A DNA stretch of 64,000 nucleotides from Botryllus schlosseri (taxonomy: Eukaryota), in assembly GCA_051294905.1 (NCBI GenBank), contig CM119386.1, positions 7,750,001 through 7,814,000 on the forward strand. Direction: 5' to 3'. Positions 1-10,367 of this stretch are shown piece by piece (within the stretch, counting starts at the first letter, position 1; each line of letters opens with the position of its first letter). The translations under genes and the position numbers were made by a program. The notes beneath the pieces were generated by a model. The model worked only from the letters and a program-made list of their open reading frames with translations, had not been told where the DNA came from and searched no databases.

Positions 1-1364
1 AGGTACTCGAATCGTTATGCGAAGCCCTACCTATTACCCAATGCACGACGATACAATTCGTGATGAATATTATTTCTTGTGAAAAATCTATGCGTCATTC
101 GTTGTTCAACTGTTTTGCAGCTTCATAAGAAATCTCTAATTATTAATCCTATATTAATTCCCACAAACGAAATGAAGCCTGAGCGTGGAAATATCCTCAA
201 ACCTTGTGTGGATGATTGTGCCCGCAGGTGTTTAATCGCTCATTGTCAACAGATGGAGCGGAAATTGATATTGTCTCCTGCACTTGTCCGCAGTCGTTCA
301 ATTCCAAGCCATCCGTTCAAAACAATCGGCACTGATCCCGTATTAGGAAATCAGTCATTGAAAGTTAAGTATCATAATAGTCTTGTATTTCGCAATTATG
401 TGAAATAGGGTATCACGATTTCGAAATTCAGTGGGGAAAGGAGCTTTTGAGGAATAAAACCGAGCTAATTGACGCGGCGCGGTGCGTTTCGAAAAGTATT
501 ACTTGGCAATAACACGCAATGCGTTTCGTATCTTACACAGTACGCAGCAATACTACGAGGATCGACATTATGTTTGTCAAATTCGCTTGCGAAAATGAAC
601 AACACTCGTGCGTTGTGTCGCTGACTTTCCGCACGATCAGCATTCGACTTCAGCCGTGCTTCGTCATCACATCAAAGAAGGAGGTCAATATTGGTTGGAT
701 TGTGGATATTATTGTTGTGTAATATCTGTCAAATTTTGATATCTGCAGATTGCATGCGATGTAAATAGCGGGTATCGCTGGCACATGATGAAGCGCATCC
801 GAAATTCGATTTTGTGGTACAGATTGGAGTCGCCACAAACACTCGTTCGGGTGTTAGCAGATACCAGATCTCCTGATGAGTGAGTGACTCATGACATGAA
901 AAAGGTCAACTTGTAAGGCCACTTCAAGAGGCAGATACGCTTTCCATGTTTCGGATCCGATAAGGAGAATCATCCTCTCAAATATATTTCACGGTCCAGA
1001 CCCTTCTTTAAAAGAAGAAAAAAAGTGCGGAGTACGTGGTTGAGCACAGCAGGATAGTAAAATATCACTCATGTGTTCAAATAATGACTGTATTATAAGT
1101 GTATATGGCTACACGGAAAATATGTGTTTTGTATAGTCATCATAAAAATTGTTTTTACTCAATTATTATTCACTTTGTGATAGCCGTCGAAAACATTATA
1201 AGCGAGTATGCTAATTTGGAGAAGATAGGCTACTACTGGTTCTACGCCGTGCCACCTGCTGGCACATAGATATAACCCAACAGCTCGTTAATGTGGAATA
1301 GCCGATGTCGTGACCGCATCAGACCGAAAGACTACCTTCTTCATGGCTGTAAGCGTGAAGTAAA

Positions 1365-1514
1365 TGACATTTCAGTCATTTCAAATCATTTCAGTACACC
1401 ACAAGACTGTGATACAATGAAAAGATAGATAGGTATCGAAGCGACTTGGAGTAGTCTTTGAAATCAGGCGCCCACCTGGCCTACGCGACGTAAACAGCAC
1501 TGAATGAAAAGTAA
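1365..1514 (-). mobile_element. Short 3'-end copy of the same LINE family
   Basis: Shares GATACAATGAAAAGATAG, TCGAAGCGACTTGGAGTAGTCT and CACTGAATGAAAAGTAA with 9340-9455; tandem tail at 1365-1393. Confidence 0.75.
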
Positions 1515-2289
1515 CCATAGTGACGAAACATTGTACTGCATATAGGGGTTCTAATGTAAATGACCAATGACCGTAGATGTATGAGAGATAATTTAGTACA
1601 TAGCCGTTTCGAAACAGGCCCCAACATCCTTTGCCGGATCAAATCACACCACTATTTTTTGCACATATATTTTGGAAACTGAAATAAAATACGAATATAG
1701 TACTTGGAATGCCCGTGTCTGCACTACATATGTGCTATGTTCAATAATTGCATTGTATATCCGGGCATCCGCGTGGTCGCGTAGGTTAGTTAACATGGTT
1801 GTTCTGAACTTTCAATCCAAACTAGCATGTCTAATGATAAAATAATAAGTACTTGCGATGCGGTTATTCCCTGTTGATTCGATAGACAGACTTGGTTCGA
1901 ATCGCAGGGCATTAAAGGGGAACGAATCAGTGACTCGCATTGCTCAAAACTGTTGTACTGGTCATCAGATATCGCCGAGGCGGTCAGTACGAATTGAAAC
2001 TAGGATTTCCAAGGTTTTAAAACACCTGACAATTGGAATGTAAACTTCCGACTTACTGACAACGGAAATTTCCAATCCCATCCGACCCATCATTCTCACG
2101 GAATGGTCGCGAAACTAGGAGTCCCTAGGAAATATTCCGAAACCCCTTCGAGCAATCTCGGATTAACTGTGACGGCAAAAGTCCGTTCGTGCGATAAGCA
2201 GCGTAATTCTAGATCTCCCATCTTGATTATGTGATAGCGAAACTGATGCGCGGAGATAGGTGAACGCGGGAACGTCCACGTGGAGCCCA

Positions 2290-2815
2290 AAAGTGGTCAC
2301 GTGATGATGTAGTTACGCTGAACTGCCGACTATTTCCACATCAAATATCGTAAGCGAAGTTTCACTTGCGGAGACTTGCAAGGAGATTTCAATTAAACTG
2401 TCCCTTGTCACGTACGACCTGGTAAACGGTTGCTATATAGATAGAGTTATTTACTTCATATCAAGTAAAATGTGTTGTACCAACAGAACCCGAAATACAC
2501 CGAGTACATTATGAACAAGAAAAATTCTTCAAGGTGTAGTAGTGGTATGTATAAAGACTGTATAGTACGCAGTATGCGGGCCCACAACCTTGAAGAACTC
2601 CAAGCATTGTGACCACCTTGTAGATATTGTGGCGTCATTATAGGCGTTCAGTCACTTCCGGAAAACCCTATTTGCATTTGAATACCTACGTAGTAAACAT
2701 TATATATTTCTAGTGGAGGTATGTGCTGTACGGTAGACTGCTTGACTTTGTCCACTCTTCCGGAATTCTACGTATCCGGAATCTAGAGAATTTCCCCACT
2801 TCTATATTTGCATTA
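2290..2815. promoter_or_regulatory. Promoter-like motif cluster
   Basis: GTCACGTGAT E-box (2296), CACTTCCGG ETS site (2653), two ATTTGCAT octamers (2670, 2806); motif matches only. Confidence 0.3.
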
Positions 2816-5495
2816 AAGAGATTTAGACCTTGAAGAATGTGACTTTTTTGATCTAGGTATGTAGTCGATGCAGGTCAATTCACTAGGCGTCTAGTATTTT
2901 CTATGATGCTATCGCCGCATTCTTTTTAGTGAAACTTTAGTAATGTGTTTTCTGCCTTGCGGGTAATCGTTTACTCTAGTGTCGTTGAACAGGAATTACG
3001 TAACACTATAGTAATTTGATGAACCCTTCCGATGAAAAAGTGGCGGAAAAGCTGAGTTTCATATTGTCAAATGATTAAAAATACGCTATTTACACCTCGC
3101 TACTTGCTGATATTGACTACTATTTTCGCGCCGTTTCGCTATCAAGGAAACGGATGAAAATGTCCACGACTTCTGACGAAGAAGCTACTTGAAGTGGGGG
3201 AGATGTTAGCTCTTCCAATGCGATAGCTAAAAACCTCGCAATTTCACTGAATTATGTGTTGAATATGTTGATGTGCACATAAACTAGTGAATACATATAA
3301 ACACCATTTTAGCGGTACCCTTCATCGCATCTGCAACGCGCGTTGTGGCTATGACAGTGCATTATTGCGTACACTCTGGAAACACATGGAAATATAGCAA
3401 TGTATTTTCGTGAGACATTGTTTACGGCCAGCATATATGTTGACGACCCATCGACCAACCGCGAAACTAATAATTTATCCATAATAATTACACACGAAGT
3501 GGATGTTCAAGTATAGAAACCGCACTGAACAAACATCGCAAGATACTTAGGCCTAGGCTACTTTTTCGGTGTGTATGAGAAATTGCCTGAACGTCATTGT
3601 TCTATATCTGTGCGATAGCCTTTGGCAGAATATGACTCTCATGAAAATTTATTAGTACCATGGATTACGTGACCTACTGGCGGTTAGTGATTGCTTTCGA
3701 GCGACGGGAAAATTTTGCAGACGCGTGCTGAACTGATGAAGGACACACATCTTAACGAAACTGTATCATTAGTGATTATCGCGTAACAACAGTGAAAACT
3801 CCCTAATCAGATATATGTCTTGAGTCAGTAAACCCTTTTTCAAGCCCAATGGGTCAGAAGGCACAAACAGTATAATCCTGATGGTGGCTTATTATCAGTT
3901 GAGATCTTGTGATACGTGACGTACATCTGGCTGATTAGCTCCGTGACATATCTATCTCATTTCAGTGTTTTTAACTGATTCTATAAACAATCTAGCCTAC
4001 TTGGTTTACTTCGGATTTACTTCAGACTTTAGTAAGGTCGCTAGGATTTTTATATAATCTAGTATTGCCATATTTTTAATTTGGAGCCCAACGCAAACTA
4101 CTGACACATGCGCTACTGTAGCAAGGCAAAGTTTAGAAAAAAGGATTATCTGCCTACTGTCCAGAAATCGGCAAGTTCTCTCCAAGTATTACGAAAACGT
4201 AATTAAGTACACAAGACAGTCATATACTCAATACTCATAAAATTGATCTAGAAGAACAATAATGATTGTAAAATGGGCGATCGGCAGTTTATAGGTTTGA
4301 CTCAACGATGAGGCTGCATTACAAGTAAAATAATACTCATATTTACAACCACACAATTATGAAGTATATAGTTACTGACAAATAGTATAATAACGAATTG
4401 ACACGGTCAACTGAGACGACATTGTGAGCAAGCACGAAATCCAAAATCGATTTGTTAGCGAAGCGAAATAAATTCGCTAGTTATTCCGTATCCTTGGACC
4501 GCTCCTGCATCGTGTGAGATATTTTTGATATATATGCTGAATTGAACAAATTTATAATCCAACCGACGCGTGCCTTAGCGTGCAAGATTTGGCCATCGAC
4601 CCACGTTGCAGTTACTGCATAGGTGGTTGCTCTTCGATTTACACAATTTATACGACGCACATGGTTTTACCCAAATATAAAACTTATTAGCAGGCTGCGT
4701 TAGGAATTTAGACAGGATGAACAATTTCGTAATCTAAATATTCTGGAGTAAATGTATATAATAATAACCATATTACATTTATATTATATATCATATTATT
4801 CATGGCCTTATTTTAGATTTGAATCAATGTAATATCCTGCACAATAGTGTTTTAGCCATCTTTTTCAAAATCATGCAGAAAAAATGTAATTAATTAGAAA
4901 AGACCAATAAGATAGCCGACCTTTAGCATCAAAATATTTCGCAGCTTAAAGATGCTTGATTCAAAACATCGAATACGGAATTTTAAATCATGAAAATAGA
5001 GCCAACACTGACCAATCAGTGCAGCCTACATCGAGCAAAGCTACATACTGTACTATAATCCTTGACCTTGGTCTGTGGGTGAGCTAGACGTTCGCAGAAA
5101 CACATTTTTGTTTGTATACCATAAGGATTTAAAGCTGGTAAGCATCATTCGGTCGGATACTGAACGTGTGGGGTCATGATCGTTCTTCTGAGTTCAACTT
5201 ATCCATATATAAGACGGTTTCCTAAGTGTTCAGAATCGTGTACCGTTTATGGCGGCGAGAAGTCGTATATGAATTTGGGAGTCAATTTAAAAAAATACCA
5301 CAGCGCCACCTCGCGTAAGTTAATACCCAGTACTGACAAATAACCCAAGCTCTCACAAAAAGTTAAGTTCAGTCGCGTTGCAGGCATCGTACACTCATGT
5401 TTTTTCTCGGTGTGCACAGCCATCGATATAGGAAGGAACAGTCTGTAGGTAGGTCCAAGGTATATCAATACTAGTCGGCCAACAAGATTACCGGG

Positions 5496-5580
5496 CCTAT
5501 CTTTTAATTGTATCGCAATTTTTGTGGTGTATTGAACTGATAAAAATTGCTAATAAATCATAAATCATGGTAATATCATG
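5496..5580 (+). mobile_element. Very short 3'-end copy of the same LINE family
   Basis: About 60 bp near-identical to the reverse complement of 9298-9358, followed by a TAAATCA tandem tail. Confidence 0.7.
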
Positions 5581-6113
5581 AGTCGGTGTATATGCCGCAA
5601 AAACATCAAGGACAAAACAAACTACGCCCTTTCCTAATAAACCGAATCGAACCGAACAATCTGACACATCGACCTCGCCTACCGACGCATGCCGCATTCG
5701 TTTTCGTCGCTTCCTTTTATGTTATCCTTCCTTAAATCCGGTGTGCTGTGCATGCCTGTTATTTACATGCTCTTAGTCCTGATTTAAAGACTACTGCAAG
5801 TCGTTTCGGCATCATCCTATCTTTTTATCATATCACAATCTTGTCGTTCGGTATCCTATCTGTTCATTATATCGCATGATGTCTTATCGCATTGTACATG
5901 TGTGTATTTTGTTCATATGAAAATATAATCTGACGATTTATTGGTAGATTGCGAAGCTATTTCAGGTGAGTCGAGAAGTATTTTTAAATGTTGCAGTTTT
6001 CTATTCAATATGTCAAAGAGGGCAGCTATTGGTTGGTATGGAATACCAGCAATATCAAAATTAATTTGATAGCAATTTGATAGGTATATAATTATAATTA
6101 AAACACCTTTATT

Positions 6114-7813
6114 CAGGGTTGCCATCGACATGGACCCAAAAATAAGGACAATCGAAAAATTAGATTAGCATTATAAAGCGTTTTTGTACATACTTTGTAT
6201 TTATACGAGCCGTGGCATATCACATTCCATACTTTCCGCCAGAAACAATCTGTTCCAGCAACTCCTTGTTATTAGAAAAGGCTTTCATGGATCTCACGAC
6301 AGCTCAGGTCTAGGTTTAACTTTTCTTGGGGTTGAAACGGCACTTCGTCACCCCCTCCAAAAAACCTTGGTCTTGGGCCCCCATATGGTGATTGATCAAG
6401 AAAAATTCTTCACCTCGTTGTGATTAGAGGCGTCAACCAAGATGGAAAAAGGCCGTAGCCTACACCAAGTTTAGACAAAATCAATTTTTGAGCGTATGAG
6501 GCGAGAACTCCAGTAAGCTCGTAGTCTTGGTCCTAGCCGAAGCAAACTTCTTTGCGATGTTGGAAAGAGGAATATTGCTTTAAACAATTGCGATGAGCAA
6601 TCGTTGGTGAGGAATGATTGCTGGAGTTTGACAGTATGGAATGCCCAGGTACCCACAGCAGCAGCTGCCTTGTAGTCTGTGGTCGTTGGTGCCGATCGAA
6701 TTGTGAAAAAAAATATTCATTGACTGGCTAGAGTTGATCATTATGACACACTTCTTGTGTTTTGTCTATCAATTTGAGTTGAAATAGCGGTTATTCCTAT
6801 AGCCTCCAGGTTAATGTCACAATTGCAGAAATTGCAATGTGCGAAACACTCGCCCTTTAAGCTTCGTTAAATACCTTTGAATTCTCTCTCATAATCGTCA
6901 CTAAAAACGTTTTTACGCCTGCTCATTTTAATAGGTTTACCATACGTCATCTTTCAAGAGGATTTGTCGTCTTTTTTGAAAGTGTAATGGGGGGAATCCC
7001 AAATATCCTTTTTTGAGAATTTTGGGTAAATATATGGCAAAGTTTGACTGAGATACAGTGAATCAGCACTGAAGTAACGCCGCGGCGATGAAAAAGCGTA
7101 ATTCGTGGTTCGAGCCGGAAAGTTGACCTTTTATTTAGTAAGCCGACCAAGAAGTGCAAAAAAATTATAATATTCTTAGTATTTTTCTCCGGTATTGCAA
7201 GTCAAAAAATTTGGAAAAGGTGTCCTCTTTCCTCTTTTCACATTTCCAAAATATGGTAACCCTAATTTTAAGTAATCAGATTTGGCCTTGTCAATAGCTA
7301 AAACTATATGTGCAATATAATTTAGATAATTTTATCGATGATTTATAGCTTTACTACTTTTTAACACAAATGTCGACTGCACTGCTCCATTTTTCACTAC
7401 GCAATAAATGCTGCCTTCCCCACAGCTTATTCTGCTGTAGACTAAACAGCAGGAACCTGGTACTGCTAAAATGACATCCGCTGCGACAGCTTGGTACAAC
7501 CAAAATGCTATGCCGCCACTCACTGCCCTAGCTACCTCACCAGTTAGAAGTCAAATCCTGCGGTTTGTGTACACCACGGGAGTTCCATTGATTTATGATG
7601 TCATAAAACCTCAACGCAAAATTTTAGAATATTATGCATCACGAATACCAGATGAAAACAATCGAAGTTCTGTAGTGGTTGAAAATAACACAAAATAAGG
7701 ACGCAAGACGAAAACAAGGACATTTCTTAGAAATAAGGACAGTCGAGTTTTCTAAGACGTGGCCCTTCAAAATAAGGACAAATCTTAGAAATAAGGACGG
7801 TATGGCAACCCTG
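6114..7813 (-). mobile_element. Internally deleted hAT-like DNA transposon with transposase remnants
   Basis: 12-bp TIRs CAGGGTTGCCAT/ATGGCAACCCTG and subterminal AAATAAGGAC repeats. Minus-strand 6230-6700 gives frameshifted pieces DYKAAAAVGTWAFHTVK.QQSF..NDC, SNIAKKFASARTKT, PFSILVDASNHNEVK and a C-terminus ELLEQIVSGGKY. Confidence 0.8.
6932..7264. mobile_element. MITE nested in the 6114-7813 element
   Basis: TIRs TAGGTTTACCATA/TATGGTAACCCTA, flanked on both sides by ATTTTAA (7 bp). A related solitary left end lies at 29116. Confidence 0.7.
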
Positions 7814-8324
7814 TTTATAATGATGACGATCTTACATTAGGCTACGTACATGTACTTGTACAAGGTACAGTAAATGTTGATCGAAAATGTACCTCAATTT
7901 TCAGCATTCCTGGTTATTTTCCAAATAAGAAAACGAAGCCAATTGAGCCTAGTCTTGATCTGACAATATCTAATAGACAAGCTCAACTTTCGCATTCATA
8001 GAAAAAGGGATGTGAAAACACTGTTTGATTCCTCATTAATTTGTTTTTAATCGTTTTTCAATTGTGGTCGTACTCCAGTGTAGCCCGAATGGCGATTTCG
8101 AAATGTTGAACCAAATTACAACGTCCGGGATTACCGTTGACAACGCATATACGAGGGGCCAATGTCAGATCACGACCAAAACAAATAAAAGTAATCTTGT
8201 GGTGCATTGATTTGATAAAAAAATTCATGAAATGATGATGATGATGGTGATGATGTAGGATAGTGGCTCTCAACCTTTTCGACATCGCGGCACCCTATCA
8301 TAAGAGAAAATAGTTCGCGGCACC

Positions 8325-9050
8325 TCCATAACACGTAGTGGTACATTGTACCGCTGCAACACAAATGGGTCACGGATAGGGCTGGGCACAATGATTGGAG
8401 TACTCGAATCTGAGTATTAATATTAATGATTCGAGTCGAGTAGTAAAAGGCTATTTTTTCGAGTATTGAAATCATATACGCTCCTCGCAACTGAAATTTA
8501 ATTTATCAACGAGAATTAAATTTAGGATACTATTTTCGACTGTGGTAGCCTTGAAACCTTGATTGTCCGTATCACAGCATACAAAACATAGTAAAAAGCT
8601 AAGAACGTTGCTATAGAAAGAGCACATTTACGAAGTCATCGTTATCCCACAACATTATCACAAAGTGCAATGAAATCGGTATGGTCGAAAAACACCCAAG
8701 ACCCAAGTATCTTTATTGTGATGAAAAACAGGCACTATATTCTTTGTGGTGACATAAAAGGTACATATTTGAACTTTGACATATCACATTCTGTCTTGAC
8801 GTCATAATAAGTGGTACTCGAATACTCGACTCGAAGCACAATCCGTGATTCAGAATCGAGTGATTCAGGTACTGGATTTTGCCCAGCCGTAGTCACGGAT
8901 TCGAGACCAGGATCCCTTGCTAAGTGTTGGACTAGTTGGAGGTATATCTGTTGCCTCCTCCACGCCCTCCGATCTGCATCAGCAGTGTCTTACAAACAGC
9001 CTAGAGCGAAAGTGGTCCGTGCTCCAAGTGGGCATCTCAGAAATCACTAA
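8325..9050 (+). mobile_element. tRNA-derived SINE copy split by the 8377-8891 MITE
   Basis: A-box-like CGTAGTGGTA before the insertion and B-box-like GGATTCGAGACC after it; body motifs CTAAGTGTTG and GTGTCTTA..AA.AGCCTAGA shared with 27935-28165. Confidence 0.7.
8377..8891. mobile_element. hAT-type MITE (family TAGGGCTGGGC), copy 1, inserted in a SINE
   Basis: TIR TAGGGCTGGGCA / TGCCCAGCCGTA, perfect 8-bp TSD GTCACGGA, homologous along its length to 13968-14464. Confidence 0.92.
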
Positions 9051-9279
9051 ACAATATCGGTACGGGGAAAAATGACCATAGATGTCGAAGATTTGGGAAG
9101 ATGATGACTAAAAAAAGATCAGAAAAAGATCATCAACCAGCGTCATGTCACTGTTCAGCATCCAGTTATGACGGGAGTGACTAGAAAAAAGGTTAACATT
9201 TTCGTCCACACCTCAACATCACGGTCCAATTGTCCGAGTGAGGACCTTGTTTAGTTATCACCGTCCCAAATGCTACCAT

Positions 9280-9890
9280 ATTCATCATCATCATTGGTTT
9301 ATTAGCAATTTTTATTAGTTCAATACACCACAAAAATGAGATACAATGAAAAGATAGGAAAGTGTCGAAGCGACTTGGAGTAGTCTATGGAATCGGACTC
9401 CCACCTTCGCCTAGGCGATGTAAAGATGGGGCATGCACACTGAATGAAAAGTAAAAGAAGATAGTTTAGAAAAAAGCAAACGACAAAAATGGGATGACAT
9501 GTCATGGAAGGCGAGATCAATAGGTCAGGTCTTGGTCCGGTACTCTTGAGGACGGACTAAAATTTCTTTAGTAGTGATTGCTTGTATTTCGACTTGAATG
9601 TGGACATGCTCGTCGACTGTCGGATGACCGGCGGGATACTGTTCCACACGTGAGGTCTGGCATATTTGATAGAGCGATGATCTTTTCGGTCGATCGTATG
9701 ATATTTGGACGACGTGGACGCGCGTGTGTTGTACTTGTGCGCTTTCGATTCCAAGGTAAAGAAATCGTTGAAATATTCAGGGCAATGACCGCAGTGGAAC
9801 TGATACATAAACTTGGCGATTTCTAGTTTCCGCATATCTTCTATGTTTAGGACACCGAATCTCTTCCAGCAGAGACTTGTTGTATGGAAA
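9280..9890 (-). mobile_element. 5'-truncated L2/CR1-group LINE: ORF2 C-terminus, 3' UTR and tail
   Basis: Minus-strand GVLNIEDMRKLEIAKFMY...HKYNTR...VWNSIPPVIRQS.S...FKSKYKQSLL* (stop at 9557) is a typical non-LTR RT C-terminus; it is followed by a 3' UTR and an (ATG)n tail. Confidence 0.85.
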
Positions 9891-10353
9891 ACCAGGCTCC
9901 CTTGGGGCCCTAGCTACGATACGGATTACGTGGACGAATTAGCGTATCACCACTATTGGCGGCGGAGGCCCCAGTTTGATTCATGACAGTAGCGAATTCC
10001 GAAGCGTCGGAGATTTATCTGAGATCCCCCTTCCATCATTCTACCAAGGACCAATCCAAGGAGGGGAGGATGAAAGGAGCGAGGAAGGTCGAACATCGAC
10101 TGATGAGGATGACTGGTATAGATGCCAGATTGAGAGACCGTAACTGATCGTTTCGACATCCTTGTATCTATTCATTGCATCGCATTGCACATTGTGTGTA
10201 TTGAACGAGTAAAAATGTTAGAACGACCGATTAATACACACTCACTCAGAATTTGGATTCCTTAATTTTTGTTGTACGTCGACCTTGTTTTCTACATTTG
10301 CTCTCGAATACGAGAAAAGCGGGTAATGGACGATTTTCATTTTTGCTCTCGGG

Positions 10354-10367
10354 CGCCGCCATCTTGG
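10354..10367 (-). promoter_or_regulatory. YY1-type motif (CCAAGATGGCGGCG on the minus strand) in a CpG-rich patch
   Basis: Exact AAGATGGCGGC consensus; motif match only. Confidence 0.35.

Noticed and set aside
79-722. ORFs at the left edge and a minus-strand donor (gtaaga) near 536
   Set aside because: No consistent spliced frame and no recognisable product.
8058-8285. Poly-His ORF
   Set aside because: Produced by a (GAT)n microsatellite next to transposon fragments.
9900-10160. Acidic coding-like stretch (…EDERSEEGRTSTDEDDWY…) next to the LINE fragment
   Set aside because: Open frames are short and interrupted on both strands; no family recognised.
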